Source: Endomicrobiales bacterium (lineage in GTDB: Bacteria > Elusimicrobiota > Endomicrobiia > Endomicrobiales > CAWCFT01). From it: DNA of 64,000 bases. Location of the stretch: contig CAWCFT010000008.1 in assembly GCA_963794945.1 (NCBI GenBank), forward strand, positions 32,001-96,000. The letters are read 5' to 3'. Both the position numbers and the translations under genes were made by a program. The first letter of the stretch is position 1; each line of letters begins with the position of its first letter. This document shows, one piece after another, positions 42,483 through 53,024 of the stretch. The notes below the pieces were generated by a model. It saw only the letters and a list, made by a program, of their open reading frames with translations. It was not told the DNA's origin and did no database searches.

Positions 42483-43339
42483 ATATCTTGTTTAGAATTT
42501 CAGGAATTAACTGTTCAGAACCTATCGCCATTATGTGAACGCCGTCGGCAAAAGTTTTAAGCTCGCGGATTGTCTCCGCGCATATCTCAATGCCTTCCTT
42601 CAGCGGGTCCGTTGAGGATTTAACTCTTTTTACTACCTCTTCCGGTATATGCACACCTGGAAGATTGCTTAGAAAATCCATAAATTTTACTGATTTTATC
42701 AGAGTGACTCCAGGGAACACTTTCACATTCATGCTCTTAACTTTGTTATGAAAATCTTTAAACTCAGATGTGTCAAATATAGTTCTGAGTTTGAAAAAAT
42801 CTCGCACCGGCGTTGACCTTTTTCTGCATCATCATCAGCTGCAACTCTTGCGGCTTCGCTGTGGGGTTAACGACTGCGCCAAGACAGAATTTCGGGCTTC
42901 CATTGAGCTTTTTTCCAGCGAGGTCGACACCGGACTCAAGTGTCCTTGCGGCGGTCAATAGTTGCACAGGGTCAAGGTCATAAACACCTTTTGTATCTTT
43001 ATACTCCCCCACCGCGGGATGGTCTCCGGAAAGGATAAGTATATTCTCTATGCCAAGAACATAAGCACTGAGAAGGTCGGACTGTAGGGCTATTCTGTTC
43101 CTGTCGCGGCATGTCATCTGAAGTATGGGCTCGTAGCCTTTTTCCTTGAGAAGCCTGCAGACCGCTATCGAGCCAAGTCTCATGGACGCGCGCTGGTTAT
43201 CGGTAACGTTAATTCCATCAACGAGCGGCCCTATCATATCGGCTCGAGATATAAGGTTGGTTATATCGGTTCCCTTGGGAGGAAATAATTCGGCCGTGAT
43301 TATGAATTTGTTTTGGGATATCTTTTCGTAAAGCCTCAT
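42481..43339 (-). CDS. metF: Methylenetetrahydrofolate reductase MetF (frameshift ~42780)
   Basis: ELFPPKG, NVTDN, QMTCRDRNRIALQSDL, SGDH, FFQTQ, GVHIMAIG. Confidence 0.92.
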
Positions 43340-43986
43340 CTGGCCTTCCTTACATCTATCTTTACCTGCCTGGGTTTAGCGGTTTTTCTTGGCGGAAAGT
43401 AATTATTGACTATATCAGCTTCTCTTCCAGATTTTTTAAGTTTGTCGAGTATCAAAACCCATACGCAGTCCCTTGTTTGATCGGTTTCACATTTACCGTC
43501 AATAACTCCGCCGCACGGCCCGTTGACCATACCTTTCGCGCACCGCGAAACCGGGCAAATACCGCCGGTCTTTCCGGCGACACACTCACCGCAAACTATG
43601 CAATATTCATCATACTGGCCTATCCTCTCGGTCGTGCCTATAAAGACCGGATTAAGCGCCGGAACAAGCGGTTTATCAACTGTCTTTTCTATCGCGCCGA
43701 CCCCAGCTCCACAAGCCAGCACGAGTATTGCATCCGACGCCATTGCTTCGGGCAGATGGGACAGATCCTTTTTTACTATTCGTATATCGCATGGCGTATC
43801 GAGTATTACCGAACCTGAAACCTTCTTGCCCGCTTTTCCAAGTTCCGCTACAGCATTGGCAACAGCTTCCTCGCCGCCGGTCTGACATTTGGTGGCGCAG
43901 GCCGCACAGCCTACAACAAAAATGTTACTGAAGGGCTTGAGCCCTTCAAATATCTCGGCGAGTGGTTTGGTTACAGTTATTATCAT
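43336..43986 (-). CDS. metV: MTHFR small subunit MetV (Cys-rich)
   Basis: GC..CA..C.TGG, CIVCGEC..GGICP..CAKG..NGPCGG..CE..CVW. Confidence 0.88.
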   Translation of the reverse strand: MIITVTKPLAEIFEGLKPFSNIFVVGCAACATKCQTGGEEAVANAVAELGKAGKKVSGSVILDTPCDIRIVKKDLSHLPEAMASDAILVLACGAGVGAIEKTVDKPLVPALNPVFIGTTERIGQYDEYCIVCGECVAGKTGGICPVSRCAKGMVNGPCGGVIDGKCETDQTRDCVWVLILDKLKKSGREADIVNNYFPPRKTAKPRQVKIDVRKAR

Positions 43987-44564
43987 GCTTCCTGTTCTTT
44001 GGGTGCCCCCGGCACCCTGGATACCGCGGTCTCTATGCCCAGAGAAATAGCATCCTCGATCACTGCCGCGGCCTTTCTGTATGTTTCCTGTATGATCATG
44101 TTTTCTTCCGGTTTGAATTCTGACAGGACAAAATCTGCGGGGTCGGTCCTCGGCGGTACAGGCCCTATGCCAAGCTTTAGCCTAGGGAATGCGCTAGTAC
44201 CTAACTCTTTGATTATTGATTCGAGGCCGTTGTGCCCGCCAAACGAACCGGCTAGCTTCAGCCTCAAAACGCCAAGTTTAAGCGAAAAATCATCGTTTAC
44301 GACCAGCATTTCAACGGGAGCGATTCCGTAGTAATCAAGTATACCTCGTATCGGAGAACCCGACAAGTTCATGAACAGCGACGGCTTGACAAGAAAGATC
44401 TTATCAGCGGAGTTTTTTATGGAGATCTCTGCCTGCCCCTTCCAGTTCTTCCAGCCTGATTCCCATTGATCTGAAAGAAGGTCTAAAACATTAAAACCCG
44501 CGTTATGACGGGTTTTAATGTATTTATTTCCGGGATTTCCAAGTCCTGCAATAAGCTTTATCAT
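43983..44564 (-). CDS. pth: Peptidyl-tRNA hydrolase
   Basis: GLGNPG..Y..TRHNAGF, GGHNGL. Confidence 0.97.
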   Translation of the reverse strand: MIKLIAGLGNPGNKYIKTRHNAGFNVLDLLSDQWESGWKNWKGQAEISIKNSADKIFLVKPSLFMNLSGSPIRGILDYYGIAPVEMLVVNDDFSLKLGVLRLKLAGSFGGHNGLESIIKELGTSAFPRLKLGIGPVPPRTDPADFVLSEFKPEENMIIQETYRKAAAVIEDAISLGIETAVSRVPGAPKEQEA

Positions 44565-44574
44565 TAAAACTTCT

Positions 44575-44646
44575 GTTCAAGAGTTCAAGTGATTAAAGTT
44601 CAAAGGTTTTGATTTTATTGAACCTTTTAACCATTGAACCTTGCAC
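44575..44646. repeat. Inverted repeat hairpin, type C
   Basis: gttcaaga gttcaagt gattaaa gttcaaa ... ttgaacc ttttaacc attgaacc ttgcac. Confidence 0.8.
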
Positions 44647-44658
44647 TCGACTATAATT

Positions 44659-45390
44659 CTACTTCTTCTCAGGTGCTTTTGCGGGGGCTTTGGCATCAGC
44701 CTTCTTATCGCCAGCCGCGGGAGCAGCGCCTTCTTCGCCTTCTTCAGGTTTCTTACCCTTTGCTATGACTTCGGGTTCAGCACCGCCTTCAGCAGCCACT
44801 GCGCCTTCAGCTCCGGGAGCCGGCGCCTCTTCAAGTATAGTCGGAGCTACTATATTAACGATAATGCTGTTCGGTTCAGTGATAACATCAATGCCCTCCA
44901 TCTTGGGAAGGTCTTTGACCGCTATGGAATGGTTGATCTCTAGCTTGGAAACGTCGACATTGATCGATGAAGGTATATCGGTGGGCAAGCAGCTTACCCT
45001 TAATTCTCTTACCACGTGTTCCATGACTCCGCCAGAAAGTTTGACTCCTGGGGCTATGCCTGTGATGTGAATAGGAACGTTGACCTCGATCTTTTCTTTC
45101 AGCGAGACAGCCTGAAAATCGATGTGGATGGGTTTTCTGGATATGATGTCGCGCTGGATCTGTTTGAGAATGGCCGTTTTCGTGTCGCTGCCAACTTTGA
45201 GCGTAACGAGAACGTTTCCTCCGCCTCCGTGCAGTATTTCGTCGAACTTCTTTGCATTTACAGAAAGCGGCATAACCTTTTCACCGTGCCCGTAGAAAAT
45301 CGCCGGGATCATTCCTTTTATCCGCATATCCTTAAGATCATGCTTGGTTGAACCTTCGCGCGTCAGCGCTTCCAGAATAACTTCTTTCAT
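44659..45390 (-). CDS. rplY: 50S ribosomal protein L25/Ctc
   Basis: IPAIFYG, HIDFQ, GVKLSGG, EPEVIAKGK. Confidence 0.96.
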   Translation of the reverse strand: MKEVILEALTREGSTKHDLKDMRIKGMIPAIFYGHGEKVMPLSVNAKKFDEILHGGGGNVLVTLKVGSDTKTAILKQIQRDIISRKPIHIDFQAVSLKEKIEVNVPIHITGIAPGVKLSGGVMEHVVRELRVSCLPTDIPSSINVDVSKLEINHSIAVKDLPKMEGIDVITEPNSIIVNIVAPTILEEAPAPGAEGAVAAEGGAEPEVIAKGKKPEEGEEGAAPAAGDKKADAKAPAKAPEKK

Positions 45391-45440
45391 TTTACTGCTC
45401 CTTTTTAATTAATTACAAAATATTTTGATCTTCTTATATG

Positions 45441-46368
45441 TTATATGAACAAAGCGCTGACCGATTCATCGTTGTAAATGCGCTTTATCGCCTCTGCCAA
45501 AAGAGGCGCGATCGTAAGCACCTTTATCTTACCTGTTTGCATCGCGAGCGGTATGGAATCTGTGATAATTAGTTCTTTTATGGGCGATTCTTCAATTCTT
45601 TGCAAAGCGCTTCCGGAAAGCACGCCATGTGAGGCTGCGGCTATGACATCCGCTGCGCCTTTTTCTTTGATGGCCGCGGCAACTTTCGTAAGAGTTCCGG
45701 CAGTGTCAACAAGGTCGTCAAGAATGATGGCTGCCTTTCCTTTTACGTCACCTATGATGTTCATAATAGACGCTTCGTTCGGCCTCGGGCGGCGTTTATC
45801 CACAATCGCGAGGTCGGCGTTAAGGTGCTTCGCGAACGCCCTTGCGCGTTCTACGCCGCCTGCGTCAGGAGAAACCACAACCATATCTTTCATGTTCTTG
45901 TCTTTGAGGTATTTAAGGAATACCGGCATTCCGTAGAGATGATCGACAGGAATATCGAAAAAGCCCTGTATCTGGCCCGCGTGCAGGTCCATCGAAAGCA
46001 CACGGGTCACGCCCGAAGCGACTATGAGGTTTGCCACAAGTTTAGCCGTTATCGGCACTCTGGGCTCTGCCTTCCTGTCCTGTTTGCCGTACCCGTAGTA
46101 AGGGATAACAGCTGTTATTCTCTTGGCTGAAGAACGGCGAAGCGCGTCCGCGAGAATGAGAAGTTCCATTATATTTTCGTTGACAGGGGAACAAGTTGGC
46201 TGGATTATAAAACAATCCGCTCCGCGGACGTTATCCTCAACCTTTACCTGAATCTCGCCATCGGAAAAACGCGTGATCTGCGCTTTGCAGAGCTCAACAC
46301 CCATATTTCTTACGATCGATTCCGCGAGCCGGCCTGTTCGCGTTTCCCGTGATGATCTTTAGTTGCAT
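45441..46368 (-). CDS. prs: Ribose-phosphate pyrophosphokinase (5' frameshift ~46330)
   Basis: FSDGEI, DLHAGQIQGFF, VSPDAGG, DDLVDTAGT; true start MQLKIITGNAN at 46368. Confidence 0.96.
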
Positions 46369-46387
46369 GATTACCTCTTTATTAGAA

Positions 46388-46473
46388 TAAGTTATAAGCT
46401 ATAAGCGTTAAGAAAATTACGCCAAAATCAAAAAAAGTCTTTACTTACAGCTTACAACTTAATGCTTATAACT
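46388..46473. repeat. Inverted heptamer-repeat hairpin, type A
   Basis: ataagtt ataagct ataagcg ttaaga ... cttacag cttacaa cttaatg cttataa. Confidence 0.85.
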
Positions 46474-47821
46474 TTCTCTTTTTAACAACCTGCCTCGCGC
46501 GGGCGATAGCAAGTGACTTTGAAGGTACATCTTCCGTTATAGTGGAGCCGGCGCCAATTATAACATCAGAGCCGACTTTGACCGGCGCTACCAGGTTGAC
46601 ATTTGAGCCTATAAAGGACCGCTCGCCAATAAAAGTTTTGTTCTTCTTGAACCCGTCATAATTGCAGGTTATGGTGCCAGCGCCTACGTTGACTTTTTTT
46701 CCAAGCGTAGCATCTCCAATGTATGAAAGATGGTTTACCTTCGAGCCTTCATTGAGCACGGAATTCTTGACTTCGCTGAAATTCCCTACCCTGACATCAG
46801 ACTTTATAATTGTACCAGGCCTTATATGCGTGAACGGGCCTATCTTAGCGCCACTGCCTACTTTAGAACCATAAATGTAAGCGCTTCTAACTTCTACGCT
46901 GTCTCCGAGCTCAGAGTCAGAGATAAGAGTGGCCGGGCCTATGCGGCAGTTGGAGCCCACAACACAATTGCCTTCCATTATGGTACCGGGATATATCACG
47001 GTGTCAGAACCGATTCGAGTATCCGCCGAAATGTAAGTATTAGATGGGTCGGTTACGGTCACACCCGAAACCATGAGTTTTTTTAGAACTTCGGCGCGTT
47101 TCGTGGCCTCGGCGTTCGCGAGTTCTACCCTGCTGTTTACTCCCATGACTTCACCTGTGTCGCAGATTGAATACGCGCCCGTCTTTTTTCCCTGGTTGTT
47201 CAATATATCTATCGCGTCGGTAAGGTAATATTCCTTTTTGATGTTCTCGGGCTTGATCTTTTTCAGAACGCTCCAAATAAGCGGGCTTTCGAAACAGTAA
47301 ATGCCGCTGTTAATCTCTTTTATCCTGCGAACGTCCGGCGAGGCGTCTTTTTCTTCCACTATCTTTTCAACCTGTCCGAGCGGCGAGCGTATAACTCTGC
47401 CGTACCCGTGCGGGTTTTCGTTCGTTACAGAAAGCACGGTCACGGAGTTGTCTTCCCGCCTGTGAAAGTTAAGAAGCGTCAACAGGGTCTCGGTCTTTAT
47501 AAGCGGCGTGTCTGCGCAAAGAACAAGAACGCTGCCGTGCCAGCCGGCAAGCTTCTTTTCTACCTGCATAAGCGCGTGGCCCGATCCGAGCTGCTTTTTC
47601 TGGTCTACAAAGCTTACCTTGTCAGCCTTAATATTTTCCTTGACCGTCTGGGATTTGTGGCCCACAACGACATATATATCACGAGGGTTGAGCCCGCCTA
47701 CGCTTTCAAGCACCCAGGAGATCATCGGTTTGCCGCACACCCTGTGAAGGACTTTGGGGACTTCTGACTTCATCCTTGTCCCCTCACCGGCCGCTAATAC
47801 CACAACTGCAATGTTTTTCAT
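46466..47821 (-). CDS. glmU: Bifunctional GlmU
   Basis: LAAGEGTRMKS..PKVLH, EYYLTD, hexapeptide repeats, NYDG. Confidence 0.98.
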   Translation of the reverse strand: MKNIAVVVLAAGEGTRMKSEVPKVLHRVCGKPMISWVLESVGGLNPRDIYVVVGHKSQTVKENIKADKVSFVDQKKQLGSGHALMQVEKKLAGWHGSVLVLCADTPLIKTETLLTLLNFHRREDNSVTVLSVTNENPHGYGRVIRSPLGQVEKIVEEKDASPDVRRIKEINSGIYCFESPLIWSVLKKIKPENIKKEYYLTDAIDILNNQGKKTGAYSICDTGEVMGVNSRVELANAEATKRAEVLKKLMVSGVTVTDPSNTYISADTRIGSDTVIYPGTIMEGNCVVGSNCRIGPATLISDSELGDSVEVRSAYIYGSKVGSGAKIGPFTHIRPGTIIKSDVRVGNFSEVKNSVLNEGSKVNHLSYIGDATLGKKVNVGAGTITCNYDGFKKNKTFIGERSFIGSNVNLVAPVKVGSDVIIGAGSTITEDVPSKSLAIARARQVVKKRKL

Positions 47822-47839
47822 TTTATTACCTTTAAAAAT

Positions 47840-47875
47840 GTAGGTGTTACTTTTTACGTAGGTGTTACTTTTTAC
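47840..47875 (+). repeat. 18-bp perfect tandem duplication
   Basis: gtaggtgttactttttac x2. Confidence 0.85.
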
Positions 47876-48127
47876 TTATTATGCATTACAGCAATTATCG
47901 CCGTTATTGCACTTATAACTGATGCTATGCCTGATATCACTGCTACTGCCAAAAAGCTTGGCTCTCTATTTGATCTTTCAGTTCCAATTATGCATTTTTA
48001 AAGTTCACAATCACTGGCCCGCGTAAATCTACCCGATCCACTTTGATATATAAGCTCTCCCTAGTAAATTTCAGCCTAACTCTTTTGCACGTTTTCCTAA
48101 AACATCGTCTTCCAATCGCTTTTTCAT
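47874..48127 (-). pseudogene. Broken small membrane-anchored hypothetical gene
   Basis: MKKRLEDDVLGKRAKELG* continues in another frame to ...FLAVAVISGIASVISAITAIIAVMHNK*. Confidence 0.35.
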
Positions 48128-48128
48128 A

Positions 48129-48404
48129 CTATTCGCTTTTGGAAATATTATTTCTCAAATAATTTTTTAACTGCTTACTTAAATATCTTTTTCCTGAACC
48201 ACTCTTCAAAAACAGTTCCCTTCCTTTTGCATCCTGCTCATTGATATATGCTTCATAGTATATCAATTTTAATGGTAATCTATTGCTTGTTGTTTTTCCG
48301 CCTCGCCCAGTTAAATGTTCGTTAATTCTACGTTTTAAATCAGCGGTATACCCTGTGTAAAACTCGTTATCCTTGAGGCTATGAAGAATATAAACATAAA
48401 ACAC
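48129..48404 (-). CDS. GIY-YIG nuclease family protein (UPF0213/Slx1-like)
   Basis: FYVYIL..FYTGYT.DL.RR..EH, LIYYEAY..A..RE..LKSG. Confidence 0.9.
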   Translation of the reverse strand: MFYVYILHSLKDNEFYTGYTADLKRRINEHLTGRGGKTTSNRLPLKLIYYEAYINEQDAKGRELFLKSGSGKRYLSKQLKNYLRNNISKSE

Positions 48405-48535
48405 ACATTCCCCATTACCCGTAAAACCGCTTTCAGCGGTCACGGGTCTCACGTAAAAAGTTTACGTATTTTCCTTCACTTTTTCTTCTACATCTATTTT
48501 GGTGTATAACCACGTGATGGCGAAGCCATTTTACG

Positions 48536-48609
48536 TGGCTCCGGGATCAGGATTCGAACCTGGACTAAGGGATCCAAATTCCCTTGTGCTACCATTACAC
48601 CATCCCGGA
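48536..48609 (-). tRNA. tRNA-Gln (TTG)
   Basis: Cloverleaf TCCGGGATGGTGTAATGGTAGCAC..aggga-ATTTGGA-tccct..GGTTCGAATCC..TCCCGGAGCCA with encoded CCA. Confidence 0.96.
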
Positions 48610-48620
48610 ACTATTCAACT

Positions 48621-48702
48621 AATTGAAAATTAAAGATTAGAAGATTTGGAAGATTTAAAGACTTTAATTTTCAAATTTATAATCTTTTAATCTTCAAAAT
48701 TG
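48621..48702. repeat. Inverted repeat hairpin, type D
   Basis: aattgaaaattaaagattagaagatttggaagattt ... aattttcaaatttataatcttttaatcttcaaaatt; similar to the reverse complement of the 31430 element. Confidence 0.8.
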
Positions 48703-48737
48703 ATTTTGTGATCCCTGGGATTTATATTGCGCCTGAA

Positions 48738-49010
48738 TCAGGTTTGATGCGGAATTTCACTCAGTTTTTTTTCGTATGCATCTAGAACTATCTGCTCTAA
48801 CTGGTGCCTGAAATCGTTCGTTATCGGATGAGCTATGTCTTTGAACGTGCCGTCATTATTTTTCTTCGACGGCATGCATACCATCAGCCCTTTCTCGCCT
48901 TTTACTATCCTTAAATTGTGCACTACAAAAACATCGTCAAGCGTCACAGCAGCGTAAGCCTTAAGCTTTTCTTCGCCTTTCAGGAATACTCGCACTTCCG
49001 TAATGTTCAT
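48738..49010 (-). CDS. spoVG: SpoVG
   Basis: MNITEVRV, LKAYA.VT.D..FVVH, MPS, FKDIAHPI. Confidence 0.96.
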   Translation of the reverse strand: MNITEVRVFLKGEEKLKAYAAVTLDDVFVVHNLRIVKGEKGLMVCMPSKKNNDGTFKDIAHPITNDFRHQLEQIVLDAYEKKLSEIPHQT

Positions 49011-49123
49011 CGCCCCCTCCTTGCGATATAGGAGAAAGACTCTTACCTGAAGTTAACATTTCTGAAATGACTGCAGCATCTTGTGTCGAAAGCAAAGATC
49101 GGAGCGCAATGCCAGAAACAATG

Positions 49124-49967
49124 TCAGGCAATTGTCTTTACCACCCAGCTTTTCCATCCAAATTCTTCGAGTTCCGGCAACAGCTTTTCCGCAGATTTTA
49201 TATCAGGCACCACACCGAAAACCGTCGAACCTGAACCGGACATGAGGCTGCTGAATCCATGTGACTTAAATATTTGTTTAATGCGCCCAATTTCGGGATG
49301 TTCCGCGAGTACAACTTCTTCCAGGCGGTTGAACATCAGGGCGCCCCACTCATGTAGCGGAGCCTTTGCTTTCAAGAGTTTAAGTATTCTATTAATTTTT
49401 TGTTTTTTTGTCAATGGAAAACGCAACTTTTTATATACGTTTGCCGTAGCCACACCAAAGCCCGGGTTAACTAGCATAATATTGGCCTCGGGCAGGTTCT
49501 TAGCGGTTTCAAGCTTTTCCCCTATTCCCCTGGCCACGGCCGAGCCGCCGAAAATAAAAAACGGTACGTCAGCCCCGAGCTGCTTGGCAAGCGCCAGCAG
49601 CCTTTTTATCGGCATTTCCCTTTTCCATAGCTTGAGCAGCCCCTTTAGAGCCGCCGCCGCGTTCTGAAGACCCGCCGCCTAGGCCGGCGCCCATAGGTAT
49701 ATTTTTTTCTAGATATATCTCAGCGCCGTTCTTAATATTTAATTCATTTTTCAATAATATTGCCGCTTTGATGACAAGGTTTGTTTCATCCACAGGCAAG
49801 TTTTTAATGTTACATTTGAGAGTTACATCTCTGGGTTTTTGTTTAATTATAAGTTTGTCATATAGGCTGACCGCACGCATCAGGGATTCGATGTTATGGT
49901 AGCCGTCTTTCCTGCGGCCGGTTACCTCTAAGAACATATTGATTTTTGCTGGGGCAAAAACTATCAT
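49124..49967 (-). CDS. ispE: 4-diphosphocytidyl-2C-methyl-D-erythritol kinase (frameshift ~49660)
   Basis: APAKINMFL..R.DGYH, IPMGAGLGGGSS, LGADVPFF, MSGSGST. Confidence 0.96.
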
Positions 49968-50004
49968 TTTGTAGTTACCGGTTCATGAATTTGAGATGGT
50001 TAAG

Positions 50005-52160
50005 TTATTTCCCGCTGATACTGAACTCAGAGTTGTCGATAGGCTCATTGACCACGCAGTTGCGCAGTTTGATCTCGGCATCGATGTTGTCTTTGCTGGA
50101 ATACACGTCAATATCAACCGGGATATAAAGCCCTTCTTCGAGGCTGTAATCCTTGAATTTAAATATCACACCATCGCCGGGCTTGAATTCAGATACTGTT
50201 CCATTGTTTGAATCTATCTCAATGGATTTTTCACCCAGGGTATAATAATATCTTTTGCCTTTGCGTTCAGATAGAGTTTTGTTTGAATCGAATTCCTCAA
50301 GCAGTTCGGCATCGAAATATTTTCGTACCCGTTCAAAAATATTCATTTTCTGAGAATTGAAGGTGTTCGCCGCGGCTTCCGGATAGAGCTTTATTCCATT
50401 ATTCTGTATTATAATAACCTGCGGCGCCATAAAATTGCCCAAAACGTCAACACGCCACAATTCCGGCCGGAGGTACTGGAAAAACCCGGCGAACCTGAAA
50501 TTTATTCCCGACGAACTGCCGGCCGCCGAGAAACCGGCCTTAAGAGAGCTCAATTGTTTTATGTTGCTCACTGCTCTCTTCAGGACTTTCCTCTGCAGCG
50601 TGCTCGGCAATACCAGTTTCTCCATCTCCACGACTTTCTTCTTCGCGTTTTTGTTGCCCGGGTCGAGGTCAAGGGCTTTCCTGTAAGCGTTCCAGGCATC
50701 AAGCACCCGGTTTTGTTTTGAGTAAAGGTCGCCTATATGTTCGAATATTATTGTATCGCTGAATTTTTCTGAAGCGCGGACAAGGAACTCTTCAGCCTTA
50801 TCGTAAGCGCCCGTTTTAAAATATACCCATCCCAGTGAATCCAGGTAGGAACCGTTATCCGGCTCAATATCAAGAGCCTTCTTTATTAGTCTTTCGGCCT
50901 CTCCAAGCTTAATGCCTTTGTCGGCGTAGCTATAACCAAGATAGTTGAGCGCCGGAGAGTAATCCGGGTTAGATTTTATTTCATCTTCCAGCTCCGCAGC
51001 AGCCTTGTCGAACTTCCCTTCCTGATCGTAAAGTACGCCCAGGTGAAAAGAAACACCGGCAAGCCCCGGCTTTAAACTTTTTGTTTTTAATAAGTACTTT
51101 TCGGCCGCGCGTGTTTTGTTCATATCGAAATAAACAAGGGCCAGCATGTAGCACGAAACGGCATTATCCGGGTCAAGTTTTTCCACGCGTTTGAGACAAT
51201 TCAACGCATTCTTATAGTCCTTTTTTTCAGAATAATAATAGCTGAGCCTGAGCAGCACCGGCTGGGTGCTTTCTTTTTGCTCTATGGCATTAAAATATTT
51301 TATCGCGCCGTCCCAGTCCTTTTTTTGTTCGGCTATAACTCCCAGCCAATAGCACACAGTGACATCTGAAGGGTTCAGCTCGTAAGCCTTGGAAAAAACA
51401 TTGCCAGCGGCATCGATATTCTTCAGCCTGTAGTAAAGGCCGCCAAGGTAAAGCATAACGGTCAGGTTGTCCGGCGCAAGCTCCAGGTATTTTTCGTACT
51501 CTTCGCAGCCGCGATGTATTTTTCCTCTTTTTCGTATAGCTGAGCGATAGCCAGGTGCGCCTCCGGAGGTTCGGGTTTCAGGGATATCGAATGCTGGTAA
51601 GCTTCCATCGCCGAATCCGTGTTGCCAAGTTTCTCCTGTGAAAGCCCCAGCTGATAATAACCCTGTGAAGAATCTGGTTCCTTTTCAAGGAATTGATTCC
51701 AGTATGACACTGCTTTTTCGGGATTATTATCGGACGCGTGGTAAGCCGCGAGATAAAGGACAGCGGTCTCGTTTTCAGGGTCAAGTTTAAGCACCTTCTC
51801 CCAGCACTCCTTTGCAAGGGCAGGCTCACCGGCGAGCATATAGAAACTCCCAAGGAAAAGCAGCACGGGAAGGTTGTCCCCGTAGGACTGTTCAAGTTTT
51901 TTTGCGGCGTTTAAGGCTTCTTCGGCCTTTCCGGCCTGCCACAGCGATAAGGCAATGTCTTTATATACATAAATAGCGTTTATATCCAGGTCCGCGGTAA
52001 GCTTATATTCGCTCAGGGCCTGCTCCGCGTTGCCCGACCTTGCGGCGAGCAGCCCCCTTATATACGATTCATAGGCTTTGACCGGCACGGCCCCGAAACA
52101 CGGCTCTAGAAACAGAGTAAATGTCACAATCAGCGCTGTAAAAATTTTAAATATTTTCAT
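50005..52160 (-). CDS. Exported TPR-repeat protein with a C-terminal LolA/LolB-like domain (frameshift ~51500)
   Basis: Signal peptide, many TPRs (ALNYLGY, YLDSLGW, EHIGD), beta-rich C-terminal ~190 aa. Confidence 0.8.
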
Positions 52161-52181
52161 ATGAATACTCAGTTTAAAAGT

Positions 52182-52258
52182 TAGCTATAAGCTGTAAAGT
52201 TTTAAGCTTTAAGAAAAATCTCCGTTGCCTTTTTTACAACTTATCGCTTAAAGCTTAG
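52182..52258. repeat. Inverted heptamer-repeat hairpin, type A
   Basis: ttagct ataagct gtaaagtt ttaagct ttaaga ... tttacaa cttatcg cttaaag cttag. Confidence 0.75.
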
Positions 52259-52368
52259 TGGCGACCCCTCCGGCTAAAGCCGGAGGCTCCTTAATCCTGT
52301 CGCCCTCCCGGGACGTCCGCCTATGGCGGGCCTCCCCCGTCTGAAGACGGGAGATTTCATGTCGCGGG
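52259..52368. mobile_element. Putative non-autonomous IS200/IS605-type palindromic element (PATE-like)
   Basis: Hairpins cctccggc-taaa-gccggagg and cccgtc-tgaa-gacggg at the two ends, ccgcc-tat-ggcgg in between; GC-rich and no ORF. Confidence 0.55.
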
Positions 52369-52369
52369 A

Positions 52370-52807
52370 TTAAAGGTTTTTCTCCATAAGCACCGCGTCT
52401 TCGGTATTATTGTAATATTTCTCGCGGACACCCGTAATTTTGAACCCGAACGATCCGTAGAGATCTATAGCCGGCTGGTTATTCTTCCTTACCTCAAGCA
52501 GTATTTTCTTAAGCCCCTGCGATACCATGGACGCCGTGAGGTACTCAAGGAGTTTCCTGCCGCAGCCCTTCGAACGGTATTTTGGATGTATAGCAAGGTT
52601 GATAAGATGGGCTTCGTCTTCTACCCGCCAGAAACCGCCGTACCCGATCACAAGGTCTCCTGACAGAGCTACGAAGAAATTGGAGATAGGCAGTGATATT
52701 TCCCTTTCAAACATGCCCCGGGTCCAGGGCTGAGGGAAAGAGAGGTTCTCAATTTCAATTATTTTGTCAAGATGCTCGTCTTTTAAACGTAAATATTTCA
52801 GCTCCAT
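52370..52807 (-). CDS. rimI: Ribosomal-protein-alanine N-acetyltransferase
   Basis: IE..SF..PW, EAHLINLAI, LEVR..N..A..LY..FGF..R..YY..EDA. Confidence 0.93.
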   Translation of the reverse strand: MELKYLRLKDEHLDKIIEIENLSFPQPWTRGMFEREISLPISNFFVALSGDLVIGYGGFWRVEDEAHLINLAIHPKYRSKGCGRKLLEYLTASMVSQGLKKILLEVRKNNQPAIDLYGSFGFKITGVREKYYNNTEDAVLMEKNL

Positions 52808-53024
52808 GTTTGATTATACAAAAATATCACTGCCAATTCAAATTTGAGCTAATACGTACCCGCGCACGCTGGAATCTCCGCCACTATGTCCTAGGCGGAT
52901 CCGCCGTGCTGTGTTGGCGGACATTTCCGACGAAGAAGTGTTTTATAAGTCACGAAAGTCACGCCTGACACAGATTTCCTGAATCCTTCTATATTTTATA
53001 TAACGACACAACCATGTGTTTCAC

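Noticed and set aside
52878..52921. ccgcc/ggcgg mini-palindromes at the island edge as a distinct element
   Set aside because: Too short and irregular to define; may be REP-like but cannot be supported from this window alone.
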